Source: an uncultured Coriobacteriales bacterium
GTDB taxonomy: Bacteria > Actinomycetota > Coriobacteriia > Anaerosomatales > CAVXGS01
Assembly (NCBI GenBank): GCA_963761535.1
Contig: CAVXGS010000002.1
Coordinates: forward strand, 1,189,852 to 1,253,851
Length of the DNA: 64,000 nt
Direction: 5' to 3'
In this document: positions 23,004 through 33,402 of the stretch, piece by piece
Numbering within the stretch: position 1 is the stretch's first letter
Layout of the letters: each line of letters opens with the position of its first letter
Translations under genes and position numbers: made by a program
The notes under the pieces: generated by a model
Databases searched by the model: none
Seen by the model: the letters and a program-made list of their open reading frames with translations, nothing else
Told to the model about the DNA's origin: nothing

Positions 23004-24587
23004 TCAGAAGTCGAGCCGGTTGTTCACGAGATGCGCGGCCTGGGTCGCGAGGTTGTTGGGCGGGTTGCCGCCCACCACGAACCAGCCGGGAGCTGTCCAT
23101 TCGATGAACCGGCCGTTCACCGTGTCGTTGCCGACGACCTTCGACTCCAGGAAGAAGGTCGCGAAGCTGACGACACGCAGCACGGCGCGGCCGTTCTGGT
23201 CTTCGATCCGTTCGCAGATGGGGATGATGCACAGCTGCTTGGTCTCGGGACGCCCCGCGGCCTCCCACTGCTCCAGACTCAGCAACGGGCTGATGCCCGC
23301 GAGGCGGTCGGTGACGCCTTGCTTGGTCGGGCCGATCATGTCGCCGGGCTTCGTGGTCACGAAGTCGCCGAGGTGCGCCACGATGCTCGTGTTCCCGACG
23401 ATGTTGTCGCGGTAGTCCGATCCACCGCTGTGACCGGGGTCGTTGATCACCGGGAAGCCACAGGTGGAATGGTCCAGCGAGTCGAAGTCGAGTGCTTGGA
23501 AGTTGCCTGTGCTCCCGGTGCCGCCTTCGACCTTGAGCTGGTATGCAGCGCCATAGGTGAAGTCGAGGGTCTTGACCGCGACGCTGACCGCTTCACCCGG
23601 AGCCGGGAAGATCGGGTCGACCTGGAGGTCCTGCACCAGGAAGTTGGCGCGGCGCAGCAGAAGCCCGCAGCTGACCGCCGAGGGCACCGCCTTGCCGTCC
23701 TCGTACACGGTGACGGTGAGCGGCCGCACCAGGTAGGGGTCGCCAGTGGTACCGATGGGAACGGCGCCCTGGAAGTTCAAGCGTGCGGCGTCGGGGGTCA
23801 GCGATACCTTCGACGTCCCGATCTCGGCCTCGACCTTGTACTTGTTGGCTGCGCCGGTCGCGAGCGGAGTGCGCAGGGTCACGCTGACCCACGCCGCGTT
23901 GTCCACACCCGAGGTGAAGGTCGTCTGGTCGACATCGACCGAGGCGATCTTGCCCGTCGCGGGGATGGTTCCCACCGAGACCAGTCCGCTGAAGATGTCG
24001 TGGTAGCCCTGGGCGTTGACCGCGTCGAAGGTGAGCGGTCCGGTGCCACCGGCGAACGTGCCCTCCCAGTAGCCGTCGGACTGCTCGGTGAAACTGGCTG
24101 TGTAGCCTCCCAGCTCGCCGCTCAGGTCGCCGATACGCAGGATCGAGAGCCCCCACGGTACCGGCGCCCTGCCACCGGCGAGCCAGCCGAGTTCGGCAAC
24201 CGCCTGCGCGCGTACGAGCGTGGTCCCGCGGTTGAGGATCCACCGCGCGAGGAACACGCCGGCATCTGCCTCGGTGGTCACCTTGACGTAGTCGGCGCCG
24301 ATCTCGGTCGACGCGACCCGGGCGTTGCCGATAGGCAGCGGGTTGGTGAAGTTGCGCTGGGCGAAGGTGTTCACCTCGCCCTGGATCTGAACAGCCGTTC
24401 CATCGTGCCCGAGCTCAGTCGCACCGGCGAGCGCCGCAGCATCCGCGGCGGACTGCAGCTGCCGCTTGCACGTGTACCAGTAGCCCACGTCCACGGCGAG
24501 CGCGGAGATCGCGATGATCGCGAACGCCATGAGGGCGAACAGGACGGCAACCGCGCCCGTATCGTCATATCGCAGCTTCCGCATCAT
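23004..24587 (-). CDS. TadG-like pilus assembly protein / pseudopilin (Tad_N / TadE-G-like N-terminus)
   Basis: N-terminus RKLRYDDTGAVAVLFALMAFAIIAISALAVDVGYWYTCKRQLQSAADAAALAGA is typical of TadG-family proteins. A large beta-rich extracellular part follows. Confidence 0.7.
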   Translation of the reverse strand: MMRKLRYDDTGAVAVLFALMAFAIIAISALAVDVGYWYTCKRQLQSAADAAALAGATELGHDGTAVQIQGEVNTFAQRNFTNPLPIGNARVASTEIGADYVKVTTEADAGVFLARWILNRGTTLVRAQAVAELGWLAGGRAPVPWGLSILRIGDLSGELGGYTASFTEQSDGYWEGTFAGGTGPLTFDAVNAQGYHDIFSGLVSVGTIPATGKIASVDVDQTTFTSGVDNAAWVSVTLRTPLATGAANKYKVEAEIGTSKVSLTPDAARLNFQGAVPIGTTGDPYLVRPLTVTVYEDGKAVPSAVSCGLLLRRANFLVQDLQVDPIFPAPGEAVSVAVKTLDFTYGAAYQLKVEGGTGSTGNFQALDFDSLDHSTCGFPVINDPGHSGGSDYRDNIVGNTSIVAHLGDFVTTKPGDMIGPTKQGVTDRLAGISPLLSLEQWEAAGRPETKQLCIIPICERIEDQNGRAVLRVVSFATFFLESKVVGNDTVNGRFIEWTAPGWFVVGGNPPNNLATQAAHLVNNRLDF

Positions 24588-24593
24588 CGGCGA

Positions 24594-24974
24594 TCACTCC
24601 AACCTCTGAACGGCGGTGCTGGTGATGGTGGCGGGCAGCGGGACTCCGGGCAGCGGAACGATCTCGGTGCGCGTGTAGCGTGCGGTGACGGTGACGGAGT
24701 AGTTCCCGGCGTCGGTCGCGACGGTGATCTGCAGCCGCGCCGGATTGAGTCCCGGCGCGGCCGCCTGCGCACGCGATACCACCTGACCGGGAGCGCCAAG
24801 CGCGGCCCACCGAACGCCCTCGCGGGCGGCGTGGGCCACTTGGATGTACTCCCAGAAAGTGAATCCGAATTGAACGATACCGATGAGCAGGGCGACCAGG
24901 ATGGTCGAGACGAGCGCGAACTCGACTGCGGCCGCGCCCTCCTGCTTATGACGAAGATGTCGAATCCGACTCAT
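24594..24974 (-). CDS. tadE: TadE-like pseudopilin
   Basis: QEGAAAVEFALVSTILVALLIGIVQFGFTFWEY matches the TadE N-terminal motif. 126 aa. Confidence 0.75.
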   Translation of the reverse strand: MSRIRHLRHKQEGAAAVEFALVSTILVALLIGIVQFGFTFWEYIQVAHAAREGVRWAALGAPGQVVSRAQAAAPGLNPARLQITVATDAGNYSVTVTARYTRTEIVPLPGVPLPATITSTAVQRLE

Positions 24975-25039
24975 CGGTCCTACCGATCCGTTGACGTGCC
25001 TGCTTGCCAGTCATGGGGGACCGGATGAGTAGATTGCTG

Positions 25040-25085
25040 CTTCGCGAGGGCGACGGCCGGTGTGCCGACCTTCGCCCTCGCGAAG
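25040..25085 (-). terminator. strong stem-loop between flp and tadE (possible attenuator or terminator without a U-tract)
   Basis: CTTCGCGAGGGCGA (25040-25053) and TCGCCCTCGCGAAG (25072-25085) are perfect reverse complements: a 14-bp stem with an 18-nt loop. It begins 9 nt downstream of the flp stop on the minus strand. Confidence 0.45.
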
Positions 25086-25093
25086 CGAAGGGC

Positions 25094-25255
25094 CTAGATG
25101 CTGCCAGCGATCGTGTTGAACAGGTTGGTGAGGTTACCGCCCAGGAGCGTGACGGCGCCGATGATAACGACGGCGATCAGCGCAACCATGAGGCCGTACT
25201 CGACGGCGGTCGCACCCTCCTCGTTACGGACGAGCGAAGTGAGCTTGGTGAGCAT
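25094..25255 (-). CDS. flp: Flp/Fap-family type IVb pilin (53 aa), not in the ORF track
   Basis: Reverse translation gives MLTKLTSLVRNEEGATAVEYGLMVALIAVVIIGAVTLLGGNLTNLFNTIAGSI*. The G/ATAVEYGLM processing motif and hydrophobic helix are typical of Flp pilins. GGGAGG lies 8 nt upstream. Frame cross-checked against overlapping ORF 25224..25442. Confidence 0.8.
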   Translation of the reverse strand: MLTKLTSLVRNEEGATAVEYGLMVALIAVVIIGAVTLLGGNLTNLFNTIAGSI

Positions 25256-25274
25256 TGCGTGACACCTCCCCCCG

Positions 25275-25296
25275 AAGGGACATCCCCATGTCCCTT
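25275..25296 (-). promoter_or_regulatory. hairpin in the flp 5' leader
   Basis: AAGGGACAT-cccc-ATGTCCCTT, a 9-bp perfect stem ending a few nt upstream of the flp Shine-Dalgarno. Confidence 0.35.
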
Positions 25297-25610
25297 TGGT
25301 CCACCGCCGAGTGATTGGGGCTTTGCTTGCGGGCAGTGGCCGTTGTCAGTGGTCCCCCACGGACATTTCTAAACCTCGCAAGCCCCCGGCGGTATCCGCC
25401 AAGCCGTCCAAACCCGAACACGCCGGAGGGACAGCCCGTCATACGCGCGGAGGATGCAGCCTCATCCTGCTGCCAGTCGTCCTTGTCACTCCCGCGAGTG
25501 ACCGACAGCAGCGAAACCGAGACTGCCGCGCGACGGGCCGCGCCCTTGTTGAGCTGGGCAAATGGGACCCGGGAGAAAGGCGCGCGTGGAAGAGCGGCGC
25601 GCTGAGAGAC

Positions 25611-26252
25611 TCAGTCGCGGGCGAAGGCCGGCGTCCATCGGCCGACCCAGCCGACGCGGTCGGCGTACTCGCGGTACTCCTCGGGAAACGCCTCGGCGAG
25701 CACCTGTTCCTCGGCGCGAGCGCGGATGTAGAGGAGCACGACCATGACCGCCGAGAGAACCACGATCACGAGCGACTGCGCGATCAGGATCTGCAGCGCG
25801 AACATCGCAATGTAGGTCACGTACAGGGGGTGCCGCGAGATCGAGTAAGGCCATCGCGTCACGAGTCTGCGGGCCTCGGGTACCACGGTGAGCTGCGCGC
25901 CTAAGACCCATACCCCTGCGGCGTACATGGGCACCAAGGCCAGCGTGCCGAGCACGCCGATGGCCGCAAGCCACGGAATGCGAGCGGGATTGACGAGCGG
26001 TACGCCCAGGAAGTACAGGACGGCATACGCGTTGGAGGCGACCACAGCCGCGACGAGCATGGTCCACCGCTCGTCGGTCTTGATCGGCTTGGAGAACAAC
26101 GATGCCACGAGCATGACGACCGCAGCGCCGTTCGAGAGCAGGTACGGCAGCGCGATGAGGAGCGCAGCCGAACCGTCATTCGCCAGCAGGACATCGACGA
26201 TGTACGCCACGTTGATGACGATGGTCACGAGCGTGGCGGCGAGGCTTCGCAC
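25611..26252 (-). CDS. isoprenylcysteine carboxyl methyltransferase (ICMT)/phospholipid methyltransferase-family membrane protein
   Basis: Polytopic, with C-terminal signature TRWPYSISRHPLYVTYIAMFAL...RAEEQVLAEAFPEEYREYADRV. GTG start lies 24 nt after the response-regulator stop. Confidence 0.7.
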   Translation of the reverse strand: MRSLAATLVTIVINVAYIVDVLLANDGSAALLIALPYLLSNGAAVVMLVASLFSKPIKTDERWTMLVAAVVASNAYAVLYFLGVPLVNPARIPWLAAIGVLGTLALVPMYAAGVWVLGAQLTVVPEARRLVTRWPYSISRHPLYVTYIAMFALQILIAQSLVIVVLSAVMVVLLYIRARAEEQVLAEAFPEEYREYADRVGWVGRWTPAFARD

Positions 26253-26276
26253 GGCGGAGACCCGATACGTCCGGGG

Positions 26277-26936
26277 TTAGCGGCTCAGCCGGATCATGCC
26301 CGCCTTGACCGCGGCGAGCACCGCCTGCGTGCGGTCCTGCTGGCCGAGCTTGCGCAGGATATGGGAGACGTGTGTCTTGACGGTCGTCTCGCTGATCCAG
26401 AGGGCCTGGCCGATCTCCCGGTTCGACATCCCGTCGGCCATCAGCTGCAAGACCTCGATCTCGCGTTCCGAGAGCGGCTCGCCCTCGCCGATGGACTTGG
26501 GAGTTTGGGGGCCGGCGATGATGCGACCGGCGACGGACCCGTCGAACACCGACTGCCCGTCCTTGACCGCGCGGATCGCGTAGATGATCTGTTCTGGGCG
26601 GTTCTCCTTGAGCAGGTAGCCGTCGGCGCCCGCGTTGATGGCGCCGAAGACCTCGTCGTCCTCGTCGTAGCTGGTGAGGACCAGGATCTTGATGTCGGGA
26701 CACTGCTCCTTCACGGCGGCACAGACCTCGATGCCGTTGGACTCGGGCATGCGCAGGTCAAGCACCACGACGTCGGGTAGCAACTCGCACACCTCGGATT
26801 GGGCGCGCGCGCCGTCGGCCGCCTCCCCGATCACTTCGATGTCGGGTTCCGACTCCAGCAGGCTCTTCAGCCCGCAGCGCACGAGACCGTGGTCGTCGGC
26901 GAGATAGACCTTGATGGGACCGGCTGCTGCGTTCAT
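26277..26936 (-). CDS. NarL/LuxR-family response regulator
   Basis: Receiver domain (KVYLADDHGLVRCGLKSLL...VVVLDLRMP...KILVLTSY) plus a LuxR HTH (LSEREIEVLQLMADGMSNREIGQALWISETTVKTHVSHILRKLG). ATG 26936 shares one base with the kinase stop. The rest of ORF 26277..27806 is out-of-frame overlap. Confidence 0.9.
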   Translation of the reverse strand: MNAAAGPIKVYLADDHGLVRCGLKSLLESEPDIEVIGEAADGARAQSEVCELLPDVVVLDLRMPESNGIEVCAAVKEQCPDIKILVLTSYDEDDEVFGAINAGADGYLLKENRPEQIIYAIRAVKDGQSVFDGSVAGRIIAGPQTPKSIGEGEPLSEREIEVLQLMADGMSNREIGQALWISETTVKTHVSHILRKLGQQDRTQAVLAAVKAGMIRLSR

Positions 26937-28072
26937 CACGACCCCAACGTCAGTTGTACGGTGATACGCGTGCCTCGACCGTCGAGGCTCTCGATGCTGA
27001 GCTTGCCGCCCTCGCCGCGCACGCGGTCTTGGATGCTCTTGAGGCCCATGCCCCCGGAATCCTTCTGCATCTCGGGATCGAACCCCTTGCCGTCGTCGCT
27101 GACCGTCATCTTGACCCAACCTGGTCCGTGTACCAACCGGACATCGACGTTCTTGGCATCGGCATGGCGCACCGCGTTGCTGACCGCTTCCTTCGCTACT
27201 CGATACAGGCATGCCTCCTCGCGAGCAGTCAACGAAGGCGACTCGCCCTCGATGATGAACCGACCGCGCACGGGAGTGCCGGAGGTCACATCTCGAATCC
27301 AGTACTGCACGGCGCTTGCGAGACCGAGCTCGGACAGGCGGGCGGGCTTGAGGTCGTAGATGTAGCGCCTGAGCTCCGCGGCGGCCATGTTGAGCTGGTC
27401 CTGCAGCTCGTCGAGCCGCTGGTACACCTCGGTGGGATCGCGGTAGATGCCCTTCTTGCACACTTCGAGGGCGAGCGACATCGAGAACAGCGACTGCATG
27501 ACGCCGTCGTGAATCTCCCGCGCAATGCGCTCGCGCTCGGAGGACAGCAGCATCGTCGCGGTCTGCTCGCTCAGCCGAGCGCGCTCGATCGCGGTCGCCG
27601 CGAAGGCGGCGAGCACGGTGAGAGCGTCTCGGCGGGCGGTGTCGAGCGAGCGGTCCGGCGAGTTGATCGCGCAGATGATCCCGATCGGCTCGCCGTGCAA
27701 CCGCATCGGGACGGCAACGAGCACCGGCTCGGACCCGTCTCCGGCGTCCGTCACGATCTCGCCCAGCGAGGCCGGCTGCGCCACTCGGCTCAGCCGCTCT
27801 TCCCACGCCGCCTGCGGGTGCTGGTCGCGCATGCCGCGTACCACCAGCGAGTCGGGATCGAATAGACCGGTGTCCTCGTCGTAGAGGAGGATCGCGAGTT
27901 TGTCGGCGCGAGTCGCCTGACGGGCCTGTTCGGCGATCACGCTGAGCACCTCAGTGGTCGACATCGCGGACGAGACGGCCACCGCGGCGTCGGTGAGCAT
28001 CGAGATGAGGTCGTCGGTCTGCCCGGTCGTCCGCCGGCCGTTCTTGGAACGCGCGAACAGAGTGCTCAGCAT
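26936..28072 (-). CDS. cytoplasmic GAF-domain histidine kinase (HisKA_3/NarX-type)
   Basis: No TM segments. GAF-like N-terminal half, H-box ERERIAREIHDGVMQSLF and HATPase motifs (EAVSNAVRHA, DDGKGF, GGMGLKSIQDRV). Start placed at ATG 28072 (GGGGAGGG 7 nt upstream) rather than the ORF-track ATG 28144, which lacks an SD. Confidence 0.85.
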   Translation of the reverse strand: MLSTLFARSKNGRRTTGQTDDLISMLTDAAVAVSSAMSTTEVLSVIAEQARQATRADKLAILLYDEDTGLFDPDSLVVRGMRDQHPQAAWEERLSRVAQPASLGEIVTDAGDGSEPVLVAVPMRLHGEPIGIICAINSPDRSLDTARRDALTVLAAFAATAIERARLSEQTATMLLSSERERIAREIHDGVMQSLFSMSLALEVCKKGIYRDPTEVYQRLDELQDQLNMAAAELRRYIYDLKPARLSELGLASAVQYWIRDVTSGTPVRGRFIIEGESPSLTAREEACLYRVAKEAVSNAVRHADAKNVDVRLVHGPGWVKMTVSDDGKGFDPEMQKDSGGMGLKSIQDRVRGEGGKLSIESLDGRGTRITVQLTLGS

Positions 28073-28142
28073 CGCCGAACCCTCCCCGCCGCGCGCGGCA
28101 CCGTTCGCCGGCCTGTTGCGTGCGTCGTCCAGGACACTCCCC

Positions 28143-28188
28143 ATCCGACTTGTCGGATCCCGCGCCCGCGGGGCGCCCAGATGGGCGC
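28143..28188. promoter_or_regulatory. two 7-2-7 perfect inverted repeats upstream of the kinase/regulator operon (candidate operators)
   Basis: ATCCGAC-tt-GTCGGAT (28143-28158) and GCGCCCA-ga-TGGGCGC (28173-28188). A 2-nt spacer is too short for an RNA loop, so protein binding is the more natural reading. Confidence 0.3.
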
Positions 28189-28266
28189 ATGATGTCGGCC
28201 TCCCCTAGCCTTATCGGCCAGTATAGAGGGTGAGTGAACCCCGGAGCCCTCGAGCAGGAGCAGGAA

Positions 28267-28658
28267 TCAGCCTGCGGAGGTGCGGCGACGGTAAGCGGCA
28301 AGTACCCGCCGAGACCAGCGCTCGAGCCTCGCGGCGACCATCGGCGTGCGGTGCTCGAGACGATCGATGCCCGGCCAGTGCCAGAAGTGGCCGTGGACAC
28401 CGTGACCGAGCGTGTCCTGAACGGCGTGCAGCGACTCGCCGAGCAGCGCGAGGTCGCGGCGCCCGACGGCAGCCTTGAAACGCCGAAGCGCTACCACCGG
28501 CGAGCCGAAGATCGGCCAGTGGTAGCGCTTGTCGGAAAGCGTGTGTATGTACTTCGCGTCGCAGGCCCAGTCGGCGGCGGCTATCTGTTCGGCCTCCTCC
28601 TCGGAGAACCCTTCCTCCAAGGCCCAGCGACGGGTCAGATCGTAGTGGACCTCCCCGT

Positions 28659-28662
<4 letters not shown>
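28267..28662 (-). CDS. 131-aa hypothetical protein translationally coupled to ftsH (His/Asp-rich motif, possible metal-binding)
   Basis: GTG 28662 overlaps the reconstructed ftsH TGA (GTGA). Sequence [19 protein letters not shown]...[32 protein letters not shown]. In the ORF track it appears fused to FtsH only because of the upstream frame break. Confidence 0.5.
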
Positions 28663-30671
<2,009 letters not shown>

Positions 30672-30695
30672 CTAAGTCTCCAAGCTCTCCAGGCT

Positions 30696-31241
30696 TCAGC
30701 CGCCGTACACGGCTGGCTTGAGGACGCCGAGATACGGCAGGTTGCGATACTTCTCGGCGTAATCGAGTCCGTACCCGACGACGAACTCGTCGGGAATCTC
30801 GAACCCCACGTACTTGCAAGATATGGATACCCGCTGTTTGCCCTGCTTGTGGAGCAATGTCACCACTTCCAGCGACTTCGGATTCCTCGAGGCGAGGTTC
30901 TTCAGCAGGTACTTCAAGGTCAACCCCGTGTCGAGGATGTCCTCAACCACCAATACATGTCTTCCTTCGATGTCCTCATCGAGGTCTTTCAAGATTCGTA
31001 CCACTCCCGAGCTATGCGTAGAACTTCCATAGCTCGATACCGCCATGAAGTCGATCTCGACCGGACAGCTCATCTCTCGGGCAAGGTCGGCGACGAACAT
31101 CGCCGCGCCGCGAAGCACGGCGACCAGCAGCACCGGCTCGTCTCCGTAGACCGCCGAGATATCGTCGCCGAGCTCGGCGACACGCTCGCGGATCCGCTCC
31201 TCGGTCAGTACGATCGACTCGACATCGTCGTGCTGGTTCAC
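30696..31241 (-). CDS. hpt: hypoxanthine phosphoribosyltransferase
   Basis: LLVAVLRGAAMFVADL, HVLVVEDILDTGLTLKYL and VGYGLDYAEKYRNLPYLGVL. GTG 31241 overlaps the tilS stop (GTGA). Confidence 0.9.
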   Translation of the reverse strand: MNQHDDVESIVLTEERIRERVAELGDDISAVYGDEPVLLVAVLRGAAMFVADLAREMSCPVEIDFMAVSSYGSSTHSSGVVRILKDLDEDIEGRHVLVVEDILDTGLTLKYLLKNLASRNPKSLEVVTLLHKQGKQRVSISCKYVGFEIPDEFVVGYGLDYAEKYRNLPYLGVLKPAVYGG

Positions 31242-32701
31242 GCCCCCGCCCTTTCGGTCGCCTGTCGCGGCTCCCACGTCAGTCTGATCGCTCGTGTCGT
31301 GCCGGGACCCACCCGGTACTGCTCGCTCATCCGCACTCCAGCCAGCCAGACGATGCGCTCGCCGTCGCGGACCACGGGGTGCGCCATGCGTTCGTGACGA
31401 GCGACCTTCGCGTCCACGAACACGTCCGACAGCTTCCTTGTTCCTTCCATACCGAGCGGCCGCATCCTGTCGCCAGGACGCATGCAGTCCGCGACCAACG
31501 GCTCATCGATTGAGGAAGCGTCGATCACGATGGACTCCGGCGTGCCCCACAACTCGTCAGAACCGACCTCCTCGGCGCGGATAGAACCGCCATCGCCGAG
31601 GTCTGCGGTACCCGGAATCATGAGCAAGGAGGGTGCCACGCACCGGGGCGTTTCGCCGGCCCTGATGACCACGAGTGTATCGTAGCGAGACTCCGCCCGA
31701 AGCCCGCCTCCCAAGTCCCTGGCGAAGCGCTCGTCGCCCATCGCCGCCACGATCGCATCCACATGCTCGGCCTCGATCCGGGATGCCTCGGGAAACGCCG
31801 CCACCAGCGCCTGCCGAACCGTGCGCCGCAGCATCGCCCGGGACAGCGTGAGCATGAGCGCGCGGTTGAAGACGACCTCTACGTCAGGTTCGACTTGCGC
31901 GAAGTCGCGGGAGAACTGCTCGGCCATCGCCGAGAGAAGCGAATCCTCCTCAGCGAGGATGTCGAGCGTGCGCGCGAGCGTCTCGTCGAATGCGGGGTTC
32001 AGGGCGCGGAAGCGCGGCGCCAGCTCCGCCCGAACCCGCGCTCGCACGCGGTCGAGATCCGCATTCGACGCGTCCTCGCGCCACGACAGTCCGCGCGCAC
32101 GGAGCCAGTCGCGGAGCTCGGCCCGACCCACGTCGAGCAGCGGGCGCACGACGCGCCCGCGGACGTAGGGAATCGCCGAGAGCCCCTTGGCGCCCGACCC
32201 CGAGGCCAGCCGCATGAGGAAGGTCTCGGTGCGGTCGTCTCGGGTGTGGGCGGTGGCGATGCGGCCGAGCTCGGGCGACACCCCGTGGGCGGCGCACCGC
32301 GCGTCCAGCTCCTCCTCGGCGAAGCGATAGCGCACCCGCCGGCCTGCGTCTTCGAGATTGAGCCCGGCTTCCTCGGCGTAGCCGGCGACGTCGTAGCGGA
32401 CCACGCGGCAGTCAATACCGAGCTGCGAGCATTCGGCCTCGACGAACGCCGCATCGGCCTCGCTCTCGGGACCGCGCAGCCCGTGCTCGACGTGAAGGAC
32501 CGCCAGGTCTCCGAGCTGCGGCAGATCTCCGAGCGCGCGCTCCGCGAGCAGGTGGAGCAGGGCGATGGAGTCGCCGCCGCCGCTCACCATGACCAGCACC
32601 GGACCTCCGAGCTCGAACATCCGTCGCTCGGCAACCGTGGATCTCGCGATGTCCTCGATGGTGCTCACCACGTGAGGGTACCCCAGTCGCGCGGGCGCCA
32701 C
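31238..32701 (-). CDS. tilS: tRNA(Ile)-lysidine synthetase
   Basis: PP-loop VLVMVSGGGDSIALLHLL, then HVEHGLRG and TAHTRDDRTETFLMRL, plus a C-terminal substrate-binding domain (RPGDRMRPLGM...KLSDVFVDAKV). Start codon uncertain (GTG 32701 or a downstream GTG). Confidence 0.85.
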   Translation of the reverse strand: MAPARLGYPHVVSTIEDIARSTVAERRMFELGGPVLVMVSGGGDSIALLHLLAERALGDLPQLGDLAVLHVEHGLRGPESEADAAFVEAECSQLGIDCRVVRYDVAGYAEEAGLNLEDAGRRVRYRFAEEELDARCAAHGVSPELGRIATAHTRDDRTETFLMRLASGSGAKGLSAIPYVRGRVVRPLLDVGRAELRDWLRARGLSWREDASNADLDRVRARVRAELAPRFRALNPAFDETLARTLDILAEEDSLLSAMAEQFSRDFAQVEPDVEVVFNRALMLTLSRAMLRRTVRQALVAAFPEASRIEAEHVDAIVAAMGDERFARDLGGGLRAESRYDTLVVIRAGETPRCVAPSLLMIPGTADLGDGGSIRAEEVGSDELWGTPESIVIDASSIDEPLVADCMRPGDRMRPLGMEGTRKLSDVFVDAKVARHERMAHPVVRDGERIVWLAGVRMSEQYRVGPGTTRAIRLTWEPRQATERAGA

Positions 32702-32731
32702 GCCATGCGTAGGGGAAGCGACGGGTCGCGC

Positions 32732-33247
32732 TCAGCGGAGCTGCAGGGACCCGTTCTGCTCGGCGATGTCGAGAACCCAGCGGGCTGCGCGACCGACGAG
32801 AAGCGTGCAGTGAGCCCACCGCTCGGGATCGTCCATGTCCCCGATGCGAGAGACGACCTCTTCGCAGGTCTCCGCGCCCTGGTCGGCGACCCACCGCTCC
32901 CTGAGTCTCGCCGTCGCGTAGTAGCTCGGCTCCCAGCGCTCCGAGGCCGATTCACGACCGGCGATGAGGCCGAGCGCCATGGTTCCGCCGGCCAGGGCAC
33001 CGCAGATGCAGCGGGACCCGCCGAGTCCCTCGCAGAAGCCTGACGCCAGGCGAGATACTTCGGACGGCATCGGCGTGCCCAGCGCCTCGTTCACGGCCAT
33101 GAGCACCGACTCGGCGCAGTTGAAGCCCTCCGAGTAGTGCTCCGCTCCGAGTTGCTCGGCGAGATCGGCCGGAGTGAGTCCGGGGCAGGCTGACGCCGGC
33201 AACGGAGGCTGCGGGACGGTGGCGCGCTGTGGGTGGTCGGTCAACAT
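32732..33247 (-). CDS. C_GCAxxG_C_C-family putative redox-active protein
   Basis: GFNCAESVLMAV...GFCEGLGGSRCICGALAGGTMALG...ETCEEVV...CTLLV reproduces the C-GCAxxG-C-C cysteine pattern. Confidence 0.75.
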   Translation of the reverse strand: MLTDHPQRATVPQPPLPASACPGLTPADLAEQLGAEHYSEGFNCAESVLMAVNEALGTPMPSEVSRLASGFCEGLGGSRCICGALAGGTMALGLIAGRESASERWEPSYYATARLRERWVADQGAETCEEVVSRIGDMDDPERWAHCTLLVGRAARWVLDIAEQNGSLQLR

Positions 33248-33402
33248 GGTGGGCTCATAGTATCAGGAGAACCGCAATCTTGCTATAAGGAGACCAGAAT
33301 TCGTTGGGCGGATGGCCGCCCCCCATGATGGGAGCCCGCCGGGGTGGCCGGACGCGGGAGCCGTAAGCGGTGGCAACGACCCAGCTCACCGGTGGCTCGC
33401 CG

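Noticed and set aside
25611-26252. Possibility that the membrane protein next to flp is the missing prepilin peptidase TadV
   Set aside because: It lacks the paired Asp / GxGD-type aspartic peptidase motifs. It carries the RHPLY...EE...Y signature of ICMT/PEMT-type methyltransferases instead.
26277-27806. 509-aa ORF containing the response regulator
   Set aside because: The first 290 codons overlap the histidine-kinase gene in another frame and look non-protein-like. The receiver domain begins at the internal ATG 26936, which abuts the kinase stop.
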